Assembly: GCA_963935315.1 (NCBI GenBank)
Contig: CAWWCC010000001.1
Location: 1 to 52,945 of the forward strand
DNA: 52,945 nucleotides
Origin: an uncultured Planctomycetaceae bacterium
GTDB lineage: Bacteria > Planctomycetota > Planctomycetia > Pirellulales > Lacipirellulaceae
Direction: 5' to 3'
Positions 11,001-20,457 of the stretch are shown one piece after another. The position numbers were made by a program, and so were the translations under genes. The notes beneath the pieces are model-generated. The model saw nothing but the letters and a program-made list of their open reading frames with translations. It did not search any database and was not told the origin of the DNA. Positions within the stretch are counted from its first letter, which is position 1, and each line of letters opens with the position of its first letter.

Positions 11001-11154
11001 TACCGAGAAGCGTATTACGCAAAGCCGTGCGAGATACTAGCGTGGGAGCTGCAATCACAGTACACATCACCAGCAAGGCGAGTAAGAAGAATCGGCGCAA
11101 TACCCTCCTCACCCGCCGTGGCGCTGGATGAAGTTGTTTATTTTTTTTGGTCAT
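8080..11154 (-). CDS. Large AsmA-like envelope protein
   Basis: Basic N-terminus, one TM anchor, ~1000 aa of beta-strand-rich sequence, C-terminal IPVQGTFENPRLD followed by an amphipathic helix. Confidence 0.6.
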   Translation of the reverse strand: MTKKNKQLHPAPRRVRRVLRRFFLLALLVMCTVIAAPTLVSRTALRNTLLGMALPSSGWRIESQSALFGWTGTQSLYGVSIFDPEGNPLFIAESINCDRSLLALIADQTDLGKIRLQQPTVYLVTHPEGSNVEDLLTELVPEEKASSETQSTLVVEIIEGIVHGLDSTTQQKWSLAGTNVIANLQGDISGSAKIEVAQSGDLSQFKFKLHKMESGGQQLDLLAERLPLHVLQPWLARAIPGAQLTGSLTIDAPQLRWSMDPQRGLLLQTKGRIEVQDFAFTSAAFQGDTLVSQQIQVPWQLSIADDQISIEHMEVVSDWSKINAQGTLSLSELVAWDTNNLPQVNTSVVGEVALNRLAAMLPHTLQLREDVQIDTGQLTFQAGNQPSKPGLAWTASVEIQDLAGRHRGQPIHLQPVHGQVVLAGSFQSPRIEQLSINAPFAEALFGTDQDTVAGDIQLDLDAFTHELGQFVDFGTWQFAGQAQLHAELQLMDNTLHLHSSAGTINNLRVQSDTLSIDEPRVQFSGKIVWDKVAQNFSSQEFQLSGSTLTFITRDIALNQADDGSFTASGRMAFNANLERVVSALKLSAQAESLWPRGLAQGQIQLVSNQGMVQANLSATTKQLQIMQNQGARRPELLWSEPNLQLLGTASYEMDADRLQFQNIQLLGQTIQLSGLAGIEQISSAQKIQAHGKVQYDAQALSRLLMKFLGPDVQLQGDRLVHFQVAGQLPQSDGTGSSQDWKVSADAGWSAASLYGLAVGAGKLQGILDKGHLQIAPLDLDVGQGKLTARPQIRLARGAEHLFIPSGPLLTRVQISPQVSDTMLKYIAPVVAGATRTTGDFSIALNDSQIPFTNPEQAQAEGRLTIHHLRIAPGPILHELEVLVRQLKNLSKSKQFLAVAASPRGSSALTVTERNIDFRVDQGRVYHRELEFEIDDVPIRSRGSVGFDQSLALVFEITLQEKWLGKHLRSLAGQAVQIPVQGTFENPRLDSRAISDLLSHFVQEAATQVIGDEVNRQLEKLFRGR

Positions 11155-11275
11155 TGCAAATCCATTGCCGGCCTGCTCTCTTGGGAACCCCAGAGTTCCT
11201 GCATTTTATGGCCCTGTGTCCACCTGGGCCAGTCCGAGTCCATGCAGGCATTGATGGCATCCTTGCTAGAAGGTT

Positions 11276-13522
11276 TTACATATCCAGGCTAAATGTTCGT
11301 CCCAGATAGCGGATGAGACGGCTGGCCAGGGTACGAGGTGCCGTCTTGATTCGTGCCTGACCTATCAGTCCATTGCGGAAGATGCCCAACGAATCATCTA
11401 TTTGCACAACAGCCTGGTACGATGTTGATAACGGACGTATCGTGCCATCTTTGTCCGGTTGTGCTGGTATGGGTCCACCAGATGTACTAGCCAATCGAGG
11501 TGACAATACTTCCAGTTCGTCATTGGCAATGTATTCGATCTTGCTGATGAACACATGGTATGCCGATTCTTCAAGCATGAGTCGCACTTCTTGTCCTTGC
11601 GCGACCAAATCAAGATCGCGCTGGCCAATCACAAGCACAGCGTCCCAAGCACTCGGATCGCCGATCTGACAAAATAAAATTTGTTGGCCATCTGCCATGA
11701 ATGTGGTACCCAGGTTCTTATCGTCTAGTGGCGATCCGGTCCAGCTGATCAATTCGAGTTGATTGTCATCCGAACGTTCATGACGCAGCGGAGGGGGGAT
11801 GAGTGTGCCAGTAACGGGTGTTGTGATTTCCAGGCGTTTTGCATCGCGTAGCTTTTGATCAAGTTGCTCCTCAAATGCGGCAAGTCTTTCTTGCACCACC
11901 TGCAGTTGCAAACTCGCCTCATCATCGCGAAAGCGTAATTTCTGGAGTGATTCCAGTTCAACACGACTGGCGTCGCACTCGCCTCGCAATGCTTCGATTT
12001 CATATTCTAAATCGATATTGCGCAAACGTGCCAAAACCTGATGGGCCTCAACTTGCTCGCCCTGCTTAACAAGTAATTCTTCAAGGGTACCTTCCACCTC
12101 AACGTATATGGACGTAGCACCTCGGGGCAGGAGCTCAAAACTGCACATCACACTTGATGGAAAAGGGATAACAAATGCACTGCCGATCACTCCTCCTAAC
12201 AATGCCAAAGACGCAAACATTCGAACTTTTTTCACTTTGCTCAATCTCCCTGGTATTCGAAAAAACTTGTATACCTTGGTTAGCGGCATCATGATCAAAC
12301 CATAGAGCGACATCAGCGCTATCATTTGGCCAATGATCTTCAACCCATACGGCTCGAAGATTTTATTAAGAAAATACAAAATCGAAAGCAGGATCAACCA
12401 ACGATAAAAAAAAGCCGACACCGTATAAAGTGCAAAGAGCCCTTGATTGCGTTTCGGAAGAAAGGGATCTTCGGGTTCTTCTAGGCCCAAGCACCATTTA
12501 CCCAGTTTACGACTTAGTATCGTGGTAGCCTTTTGCCGCAAATTGGGCACTTCCATAATGTCACTTAAAATGTAATAGCCATCGTACCGAAGTAGTGGAT
12601 TGGCATTAAACAAAATGGTACTTACCGAACTGACAAACATGATGTTCAGGCAAACGTAGTTGAGCATCCCCGGCTCACTAAACCACCAAATAAATGTCGC
12701 GATCGAGGCAATAACGATTTCTAAGTACATTCCTGCAGCACCAATCGCAGCGCGATGCCAACGATTGGGTAGCATCCATGAATCGGACACATTGCAATAC
12801 AAGCAGGGGGTTAACACCAGGAACATGATACCCATCTCATGACACTCACCCCCAAAATGTTTGCATGACAAGCCATGACCAAATTCGTGGATGATTTTCG
12901 TTACTCCCAGAACGGCAGCGATCAAAAGCCAATTCTGTGCGTCAAAGAAGGACTGAAATGATGGTAATTTTGACTGGAAAATGTCGAATTGCACAATCAC
13001 CAATGTGAGAGCGCTTAGTGCTAGCAAAAGGCTAAAAAAAGTAGCCGTTGGCGAAAAGAACCAACGCACCCATGGATACATCGCATCCAGAATAAGCTCC
13101 GGATCAAACCCTTTGAAGCGAATTGATAGAATATTGCTTACCGCACCTACGAACTCTTTGCGGCGCCTTTCGTCACTCCGCTTCTTCAGTTGTATGCCTT
13201 GACCGTGCGAATCCGAAAGCACCAAACCACTGCGATGCAGCATGCCAATAAAGTTTTGGAGTTCTTCGACACGGATTGTCTGAGGAGGAAACTCTGCCTC
13301 AAACTTTTCAGCAATATCTTCCAAACTCGATTGTCCATCGAGCATTTGCAGAATAGCAAATTCCTCTTCCTCAAAGCGAAAATACTGCAAGCCTACCGGA
13401 TCCTTCACGACCCAATAGACGCGTCCCTGATAACGTTGTCGCCGGGCCTTCAGATCAGGACGTACGCGGATCGCCAGCTTACGCGAGGAGCTCGAGACTA
13501 TGCTATTGGCAAGTGTGGGCAT
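11276..13522 (-). CDS. M50 (site-2) intramembrane metalloprotease fused to an HlyD-type membrane-fusion domain
   Basis: IIHEFGHG and NANPLLRYDGY motifs in a multi-TM region; C-terminal lipoyl-like halves (VEGTLEELLVKQGEQV / ITTPVTG) flanking a coiled coil. Confidence 0.9.
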   Translation of the reverse strand: MPTLANSIVSSSSRKLAIRVRPDLKARRQRYQGRVYWVVKDPVGLQYFRFEEEEFAILQMLDGQSSLEDIAEKFEAEFPPQTIRVEELQNFIGMLHRSGLVLSDSHGQGIQLKKRSDERRRKEFVGAVSNILSIRFKGFDPELILDAMYPWVRWFFSPTATFFSLLLALSALTLVIVQFDIFQSKLPSFQSFFDAQNWLLIAAVLGVTKIIHEFGHGLSCKHFGGECHEMGIMFLVLTPCLYCNVSDSWMLPNRWHRAAIGAAGMYLEIVIASIATFIWWFSEPGMLNYVCLNIMFVSSVSTILFNANPLLRYDGYYILSDIMEVPNLRQKATTILSRKLGKWCLGLEEPEDPFLPKRNQGLFALYTVSAFFYRWLILLSILYFLNKIFEPYGLKIIGQMIALMSLYGLIMMPLTKVYKFFRIPGRLSKVKKVRMFASLALLGGVIGSAFVIPFPSSVMCSFELLPRGATSIYVEVEGTLEELLVKQGEQVEAHQVLARLRNIDLEYEIEALRGECDASRVELESLQKLRFRDDEASLQLQVVQERLAAFEEQLDQKLRDAKRLEITTPVTGTLIPPPLRHERSDDNQLELISWTGSPLDDKNLGTTFMADGQQILFCQIGDPSAWDAVLVIGQRDLDLVAQGQEVRLMLEESAYHVFISKIEYIANDELEVLSPRLASTSGGPIPAQPDKDGTIRPLSTSYQAVVQIDDSLGIFRNGLIGQARIKTAPRTLASRLIRYLGRTFSLDM

Positions 13523-13527
13523 AAACG

Positions 13528-14460
13528 TTAGTTGCCCAGTGGGGTGGGCAAGCCAGCCTGCGGCACAGGCGCCGCGTCTCCCGTGTGGATTGTCATCGTG
13601 GCTTTCATACCGGGCTGTATTTGCCAGTTACCATTTCGCTTGGTATTCATTATTTCTGCGCGTACTTTAAAGCGACCATCCGATTGAACTTCTTGGTCGG
13701 CGTACACCACAGTCCCCGATACCTCAAATTGCTTGCCACGTGCACGTGTCAACTGTACGCTCACTTGCTTACCAAGGACATCACCGCGATCGAACATTTT
13801 GGCATCAACAAAATCTTCGACGTACAAAATGTCGAATCGAACGAGCAGCAGAATAGGTTCTCCTGGGTTGACCCACTCTTTTTCATGACGGTAAGTATTA
13901 ACGACTTCTCCCGCAAACGGAGCAATTATCGTGCGCCAATCCACTTCCATTTGCGCTGCGTCCCGTTCGGCCTTTTTTGTGCGAGCATCATAACGAGCTT
14001 GCTCACGATCCTCCTGTGCCTTTTCGATTTGCAATTGGGATCTCTCAAAAGAAAGCTTTTTTTGCATGACTTCAATTGCTGGAACGGCATCCTTTTTTTG
14101 CATATTTGCAGCTAGAGCTTTCTTCCAATCTTGCTCAGCAACTTCCGCCGCTTTTCGGGCATACTTTTCCTCAATACGATTCGTGGCCCTTTTTGCTGCG
14201 GCCTCAAAACCATATTGGGCTATTTCCAGCCTTGCCTGAGCTTCTCGATCATCGATAACAGCCAGCACATCCCCCTCTTCTACCTGAGAGCCTTCCCGAA
14301 GCGAAAATTTCATGAGTATGCCAGTCTCCGGGGAAGGGATGCGCACTTCATCACGTACAATGACAAGACAATCGGTTAATACAATATCGTCTGCTGCCTG
14401 AATCGGAATTCTAGACGCGATGCTAACAGCCAAAAGCAGCAAGAGTCGCAAAGCATTCAT
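13528..14460 (-). CDS. HlyD/RND periplasmic adaptor subunit
   Basis: Signal-like N-terminus, REGSQVEEGDVLA, IIAPFAGEV, coiled coil, IQPGMKA. Confidence 0.9.
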   Translation of the reverse strand: MNALRLLLLLAVSIASRIPIQAADDIVLTDCLVIVRDEVRIPSPETGILMKFSLREGSQVEEGDVLAVIDDREAQARLEIAQYGFEAAAKRATNRIEEKYARKAAEVAEQDWKKALAANMQKKDAVPAIEVMQKKLSFERSQLQIEKAQEDREQARYDARTKKAERDAAQMEVDWRTIIAPFAGEVVNTYRHEKEWVNPGEPILLLVRFDILYVEDFVDAKMFDRGDVLGKQVSVQLTRARGKQFEVSGTVVYADQEVQSDGRFKVRAEIMNTKRNGNWQIQPGMKATMTIHTGDAAPVPQAGLPTPLGN

Positions 14461-14480
14461 GTCGCGTGTCCTTGGGATGA

Positions 14481-14508
14481 AACAGCCCGGCTAGAGTACC
14501 GGGCTGTT
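14481..14508 (-). terminator. Intercistronic stem-loop (weak terminator or mRNA stabiliser)
   Basis: AACAGCCCGG-8 nt-CCGGGCTGTT, a perfect 10-bp stem with only a short U tract. Confidence 0.5.
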
Positions 14509-14539
14509 GATGATTTCGCACTAGTTCATTGACTGGCAA

Positions 14540-16666
14540 TTAAAAACGGAAAAAAATCCTCGATTGAACAAACTCGAATAGGTCACAAAACCAGACATAG
14601 CCTATTGGTTGCTGACCACAATAAATCTTTGCTTTCACGTCAGCACCTATTTTGAGTTCATTGGTGGGGTCATCAACAAGTTTTTTCAGGTCTTCTTGGG
14701 GAAAGGAAACACGTACACGCACGGTATTTCCCTGTTCGCCCTGCACTTCTGCATTGCGGTCCATCTCTTCGATCTGACCCGATAAACGAACTGCAGAATG
14801 CGTCGCAAGAATAAAGTTGACTTGCAATTTGGCCTTGGGGTCGTCTTGCTTCATGGCCTGCATCTGCTCGACAACATGGCCCATTTTGGCTTCGGGTATA
14901 TAAACCTCTAATTCCCAGCGACTGGCTGGATCGGCAATTTCCATCAGACGCTGGCCTCTACGGACGGCACGTCCCTTAATTTCTTCAACCTTCCAGGTAA
15001 TGACTTTACCGTCGATGGGTGTTGTTACGACCAGTTGCTCTTTCTTCAATTCCAATAGTTTTTTTTGCTTTTCCAGACTTTCTTGCCGAACTTTGAGACG
15101 TGCCAGTCTTCCGGTGATTTCTTCACGTTCGACGTCGTCTTTCTGCACTTCACCTTGCAGGAGTTGCCGTTGTCGCCTGGCAGAGCGGATCTCCTCGAGT
15201 GTTTCATCAAGCTGACCAGCAAGCTGTGTCATTCGTTCTTCAAGATCAAGACTCCACTGCTTCGCCACTATCTCGCCGGCAACCACTTTTTGGCCATGGC
15301 GAACGGTTACTTCTTCGACTTTGCCGTCTTGCGAAGCAAAAACGTCTCTTCTGAGTTCGGGTAGTAGTTTGCCGTCAGCGACCACATTAAAATCATACGG
15401 CACATAGCACATCGCTAAGATTGCCCCCACGAGCGCAAACAGTACCAACAAGGTTTTAGGTAGATTACGCGCTGTCATGAGAACACGCGTTTTGCCTAAT
15501 AATCGCCAGAGGGGCAACAGGAACAGGTTTTCGTGCGCTTGTGCATTGGTCAGCGAGGTGGAACTGTGCCTGCGCACTACATCCACGCGCTGCAACATCC
15601 CCTCCGGCTGTCGACTATCGACAAGTTGTTCAATAATAATCGCACCCAAAATATTTTCGCGCTTCTTATGTTTTCTTTCACCCGGCTTTTCTTCTTCCAA
15701 GTCGGCTTCGCGCAAGGGCAACACAGCCAGATGCTTGGTATGTGATTCATCGACATAGGCATTGACACTTTTTTCGACTTGAGGAGCCAAATTGGTAGTG
15801 TCGCCATCAAACCATAGATCGTCGCCCGTTTTGGCCACCGTCGTGGCTAGTTTGCGAAGAAGACGAACAACATTCGAGCGCCGGTCAAATGTTTCCTGCC
15901 CGCTTATTGCGGCAACTTTATATTTAGTGCCTTTGCGCAAAACAACAGTCACACGATCGCAACCAATGAGTCGTCGACCTTCGTTGGCAATAGTGTATGC
16001 CGTCTCTGATGAGTTGAGCGCCTGGTGCACAAGGGCAGTAAATGTCTCAAGTTGCTCCCATAGCGACTGCTTATGTGTGAAGTGCCGCAACCTACGGTTT
16101 TTGAGGTATTCGCCAGCTAATTCGCATATTTGATTGAGAAAACGCAGGTAACCACGTTGTGTCGTAGGACGCGCACCAGTGCGCTGAAATATTTCGACGA
16201 CACCATCCACACCACGGTCGCTTCTGATAGGTGCAATCACCAAAAGAAAATCGGTCGGATTGGCAGCCATATCATCAGCATGCTCTCCACCAGCACCCGA
16301 GTGGGGTGGAATCAGCGCTGGCTCACCTCGATCGATCACTTGTTGCAGCAGCCGGCCATGTTTCTGCTGAGCTTCTTCGCTTTCGGCCAAACCCGTCTCG
16401 CGCAAATTAACCTGGTATTCGAGTTTGACCCCGGCTCCTTCTTCAAGCGTCCAGACAACACCCCCGATAGCAGCCAGCGCTGAAACAGATTTGTTCATCA
16501 GGGCTGCGTAAAACTCACTTGGCTCAATCTCCGATCGAGACAATTCAACCACTTCCTGGACGAGACTTTGAATCTCTTGTTTGGCACGGCGCACAGCCTC
16601 TTCGTCGATTGAGCCTGTGGGAGACCCCGTTTGAGATGCTTGCGAAGGATCGGAAGATGTGCTCAC
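14540..16666 (-). CDS. GAF-domain/HlyD-family membrane-fusion protein
   Basis: Two GAF-like N-terminal segments, one TM, then DGKVEEVTVRHGQKV-coiled coil-TPIDGKV. GTG 16666 after AAGGA is preferred over the track start at 16684. Confidence 0.85.
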   Translation of the reverse strand: MSTSSDPSQASQTGSPTGSIDEEAVRRAKQEIQSLVQEVVELSRSEIEPSEFYAALMNKSVSALAAIGGVVWTLEEGAGVKLEYQVNLRETGLAESEEAQQKHGRLLQQVIDRGEPALIPPHSGAGGEHADDMAANPTDFLLVIAPIRSDRGVDGVVEIFQRTGARPTTQRGYLRFLNQICELAGEYLKNRRLRHFTHKQSLWEQLETFTALVHQALNSSETAYTIANEGRRLIGCDRVTVVLRKGTKYKVAAISGQETFDRRSNVVRLLRKLATTVAKTGDDLWFDGDTTNLAPQVEKSVNAYVDESHTKHLAVLPLREADLEEEKPGERKHKKRENILGAIIIEQLVDSRQPEGMLQRVDVVRRHSSTSLTNAQAHENLFLLPLWRLLGKTRVLMTARNLPKTLLVLFALVGAILAMCYVPYDFNVVADGKLLPELRRDVFASQDGKVEEVTVRHGQKVVAGEIVAKQWSLDLEERMTQLAGQLDETLEEIRSARRQRQLLQGEVQKDDVEREEITGRLARLKVRQESLEKQKKLLELKKEQLVVTTPIDGKVITWKVEEIKGRAVRRGQRLMEIADPASRWELEVYIPEAKMGHVVEQMQAMKQDDPKAKLQVNFILATHSAVRLSGQIEEMDRNAEVQGEQGNTVRVRVSFPQEDLKKLVDDPTNELKIGADVKAKIYCGQQPIGYVWFCDLFEFVQSRIFFRF

Positions 16667-17260
16667 AGATTCCTTGATTTGCAAAAAGATGCGTCAGTTG
16701 CTGAAATTCAGTTGCCGAAACGTCCGTTCTGGATTTTTTCCTTGCCCGTAGCCAGTCACGCCAGCCCGTACTGTCCTGACAGTCAAATCGCAGCAATCCG
16801 TGTTAACCGTGGCCAAAAAACACGGTTCCCAGCAGAAAACCACACTGCAGACAACCAAAAGCCCCCTCAGACCCAGAGAACACCCGCGCAAGTATGCCTG
16901 CCCCTTAACATACATTGTCGTGGAATAAGGAGTTACGTCAAACTCGATCTACGTTCCTGGGAGTTGAAAATATGTCGGTTTCGCCCGTAAAAAGCGCCTA
17001 ATCGGAACAGGTTAGGAGTCCGTCAGCTCCCCCTCTACCTGCAAGCACGTGAGAAATAGAAGTCCAGCCAGCAAAAGGGCCCACTGCTGAGCGTCTAAGG
17101 GTCGACTATCGGGTTGGTTTTCGTCGTCGCAAGTGCTATGATTTAAGAGACTTGTAGCTTCTCGCCGTAGAAAATATCGAGGGAGAGACGACTATTTTGT
17201 ACGGCGAGTGGTCTGGATGACGAAAGGCGATGCAGGGTGAAAAGCGACAGTTAGGCAAAT

Positions 17261-17300
17261 CCTCTGATTCGTCACCTCTGATTCGTCACCTCTGATTAGT
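17261..17300. repeat. 14-bp tandem repeat CCTCTGATTCGTCA, about 2.9 copies
   Basis: Read directly, upstream of infA. Confidence 0.95.
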
Positions 17301-17406
17301 CGTTGGGCTACCCAGATCAGTAGGTCTATCCTGAATTTTGTCTGCAAGCCTGTTGTTTACAAACGTAGTGTTCCATGGTGTTCCTAGGAGAAATTTGGCG
17401 GATTAT

Positions 17407-17631
17407 ATGGCAAAACAAAAAGAAGAAGCTCTGGAAGTAGAAGGCGTTGTGACACAAGCTCTGGCAAATACCCGATTTCGAGTAGAAATCGAAGGTGGAC
17501 ACATCGTAAATGCCCATATTGCTGGCAAAATGCGTAAAAACTTCATTCGTATTGTGCCTGGCGACAAGGTCCGTGTAGAGCTATCGCCGTATGATCTCAC
17601 CAAAGGCAGGATTACCTTTCGAGAGCGTTGA
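17407..17631 (+). CDS. infA: Translation initiation factor IF-1
   Basis: [15 protein letters not shown]...[37 protein letters not shown]; start at ATG 17407. Confidence 0.98.
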   Translation: MAKQKEEALEVEGVVTQALANTRFRVEIEGGHIVNAHIAGKMRKNFIRIVPGDKVRVELSPYDLTKGRITFRER

Positions 17632-17640
17632 TCTCACAAG

Positions 17641-17783
17641 TTGCTGAAAAACACCATCCGGGTGTTTTTCGCTTCTCGCCAAGTTCGAAGCGAAGCTTCT
17701 CAGGCTCGCAAAATAAACGACTAATGTCGCTATTTTGGCATCTCATCCATGAGATGCGCCCGAGCTGCTGACTTTTTCAGCAA
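17641..17783. mobile_element. MITE/REP-like structured repeat, long copy
   Basis: 11-bp terminal inverted repeats TTGCTGAAAAA / TTTTTCAGCAA, three clear internal hairpins, and a second copy at 20458-20522. Confidence 0.7.
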
Positions 17784-18070
17784 GGTGCTAAAGGGCGATT
17801 CTCTCGAGAGCGCTGCTCTTGGCACTTTTTAGGGATTGTCCCCAAAAGCCGTGTGCTGGCAAAAAGTCTCAGTCCCAGGCAGACTCTCTGCTGGGAACTT
17901 CTTTTCCGTGCCTCTTGCTGACAAGACCAGATCCTAGCAAAGCAAAAGAGACATCCGTACAGACAGCTTTTTTTCGCGGATTCTTGCCAACAATCTGTAC
18001 CCCTGAGCGTATAACGCTATAAATGATTGCTCTGAAGTGCTTGCGCACTTCCCAAATTCCGTCTCACCTA

Positions 18071-18086
18071 TGGCAAGATTCATGCA
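18071..18086 (+). promoter_or_regulatory. Possible sigma54 (-24/-12) promoter
   Basis: TGGCAA-GATTC-ATGCA with correct GG-N10-GC spacing, about 55 bp upstream of ATG 18140. Confidence 0.35.
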
Positions 18087-18098
18087 GTCGTACTCATT

Positions 18099-18143
18099 GA
18101 ATCCCCCTTTTGGGAATCCCCCTTTTGGGAATCCCCCCTATGG
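18099..18143. repeat. 15-bp tandem repeat GAATCCCCCTTTTGG x3
   Basis: Two perfect copies and one variant copy that supplies ATG 18140. Confidence 0.95.
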
Positions 18144-19900
18144 AGAAAAGAAACGTGGACATTTTAACAGCCCTTCACGCGCAGATCTTGCGGCCCTTAT
18201 CACTTGTCACCCGAAGAATCCTGATAGCAGGGGCTGCTCTCGTAGCGGTCACGGCCACAGTCAACTCTTGGGCCCCTAAAGCCCAGGCACAATCGTCTGA
18301 TGAGCCTAAGCCTGTTGCCATTGTGGCAATCAACAGTATTGACAACTTTTTGGAAGACGCAGACTTCGTAGGTAGTCTGGGCGGAATACCTGACGTAGCA
18401 GAGAAGGCCAAACCACAAATTGCTGCCTTCACGCAGGGTTTGGATACCTCAAAGCCCATGGGATTGGTAGTCAATATGGGAGCCATGGGGCCTGGGGGCG
18501 CGATCTGTCTTCCAGCTATCGATTTAAAACAAATGCTTGCCATTTATGCCGTATTTGGTGTAACCGTTGAAGAGCAAGCCGATGGTGGACTCGAAATTTC
18601 GGCCCAAGGTCAGACCGTTTATGCACGACAGGCTGACGGGTGGGCATTTATTTCGATGGTGCCCGAAATGCTGAAGAACTTGCCAAAAGATCCCGGCAAA
18701 ATCATTGGCGAATTAACGAAAGATTACGACATCGGTGTTCAATTGAACGTCCAAAATATCCCCTCCCAAATCCGTGAGATGGCAATCACACAATTTAAGG
18801 TGGGCATGGATGCGGGCATGCAGCCAAAAGCGGGCGAATCGGACCAACAGTTTGAAACGCGTAAGGAAATTGCCGATGCTCAGTTCGCCCAGTTAGAGCG
18901 ACTGGTTAACGAACTGGACGAGGTAACCGTTGGCTTGGCTCTTGATGGCAAACAACAACGGGCCTACATCGATATTATTTATGAAGCGGTCGCAGGTACC
19001 AAGCTCGCCGAGCAAGTCGCCCGCAATAGCGACCCCAAGACAAATTTTGCCGGTTTCTTTCAGCCTGACGCAGCAATGATGTTGTCGTTTGCCTCCCAGG
19101 CGAGCGAATCAGACATTGCCCAGATCGATCAAATGCTAGCCGCTGTACGCAACCAAGTCAGCACGGCCATTGATGAAGAAGCTGAAAATTCCAGTGACAA
19201 AGAACGAGAAACAATGAAGAGTGTCATCAATGATTTTTTAGATGCCTTTGTGTCCACGGTCAAAGAGGGCGTGATGGACGGTGGTGCCGTCCTTACGCTG
19301 AGCCCAAGTTCTGCCACATTTGTTGCGGGCGGTCTGATCGGCGATCCGAGTAAAGTGGAATCGGGTTTCAAAAAACTTACCGAATTAGCCAAAGAGGAAG
19401 ATCCGAAGTTCTCCGGGGTGAATTGGAACGCCGATAGCCATAAGGACGTAAAATTTCATACCATAAATCTCCCCCTCCCCCCCGAAGAAAAAGGACCGCG
19501 TCAGCTTTTTGGAGAGTCGTTAGAAGTTGCCGTTGGCATTGGTGACAAATCGGCATTTCTTGCTCTTGGTCGAGACTGTTTGTCAGCCGTCAAGGGTGTG
19601 ATCGACACGTCCGCTGAGAACCAGGGCAAGTCCGTAGCACCAATGGAAATGACCGTTGCTATCCAACAAATAATCGAAGTAGCAGCCTCTCTTGCGGATG
19701 AAAAAGATCAGGAAAATTTGCAGATGGTTGCTACCATGTTGGAGGAGAACGTTGAGGGACGTGACCATGTACGGATTGTTGTCCAGCCCATCCCCAACGG
19801 AGCACGCACTCGCATCGAAGCAGAGGAAGGAGTACTGCGAGCAATTGGTATGGCTGTCATGCAGGCACAAATGCAAGCAGCCGGAGCCGGTGAGTATTAA
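18140..19900 (+). CDS. Exported hypothetical protein (DUF3352-like)
   Basis: Long ORF with a signal peptide ending in AQA; family assignment tentative; start codon uncertain. Confidence 0.7.
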   Translation: MEKRNVDILTALHAQILRPLSLVTRRILIAGAALVAVTATVNSWAPKAQAQSSDEPKPVAIVAINSIDNFLEDADFVGSLGGIPDVAEKAKPQIAAFTQGLDTSKPMGLVVNMGAMGPGGAICLPAIDLKQMLAIYAVFGVTVEEQADGGLEISAQGQTVYARQADGWAFISMVPEMLKNLPKDPGKIIGELTKDYDIGVQLNVQNIPSQIREMAITQFKVGMDAGMQPKAGESDQQFETRKEIADAQFAQLERLVNELDEVTVGLALDGKQQRAYIDIIYEAVAGTKLAEQVARNSDPKTNFAGFFQPDAAMMLSFASQASESDIAQIDQMLAAVRNQVSTAIDEEAENSSDKERETMKSVINDFLDAFVSTVKEGVMDGGAVLTLSPSSATFVAGGLIGDPSKVESGFKKLTELAKEEDPKFSGVNWNADSHKDVKFHTINLPLPPEEKGPRQLFGESLEVAVGIGDKSAFLALGRDCLSAVKGVIDTSAENQGKSVAPMEMTVAIQQIIEVAASLADEKDQENLQMVATMLEENVEGRDHVRIVVQPIPNGARTRIEAEEGVLRAIGMAVMQAQMQAAGAGEY

Positions 19901-19921
19901 CGACAGTTCTTCGAAGTCAAA

Positions 19922-20440
19922 ATGAGTAAAACCTCACTTGTCCTCACCGTACTAGGCCAAGACCGCCCCGGTTTGGTCGATGCGATTGCCCGCGTTGTGA
20001 CGGAACACGGCGGCAATTGGGTCGAAAGTCGAATGGCCCACCTGGCAGGCCAATTTGCGGGTATTCTGCGTGTGGAGGTAAACTCGAATGACGCCACGGC
20101 GCTAACGCAGGCTCTCAACGAACTCACGAAAGGTGGTCTGGAATCAGTCGTTCATACCGACGTTCAGGACGCTCCCCCTCAAGAAAACCCGCTGGTAAAA
20201 CTATCGCTCCTTGGGCAGGATCGTACAGGCATCATCCGTGAGATCAGCCACGTGCTGGCCTCACACGGAGTCAACGTCGAAGAATTAAACACAGAGCGTA
20301 AAAGGGCTCCCAACTCCGGTCAGAAGTTATTCCAAGCCGAAGCCCAGCTGCGGCTGCCACAGGGCTTCTCCATCGATTCTCTGCATGCTGCCCTTGAACA
20401 AGTAGCAGCTGATATGATGGTAGATATTAACTTGGAGTAA
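19922..20440 (+). CDS. GcvR-like double ACT-domain protein
   Basis: LTVLGQDRPGLV...ESRMAHLAGQFAG and a second ACT domain GQDRTGIIREIS. Confidence 0.9.
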   Translation: MSKTSLVLTVLGQDRPGLVDAIARVVTEHGGNWVESRMAHLAGQFAGILRVEVNSNDATALTQALNELTKGGLESVVHTDVQDAPPQENPLVKLSLLGQDRTGIIREISHVLASHGVNVEELNTERKRAPNSGQKLFQAEAQLRLPQGFSIDSLHAALEQVAADMMVDINLE

Positions 20441-20457
20441 TATGCTCGAACGGGTTT

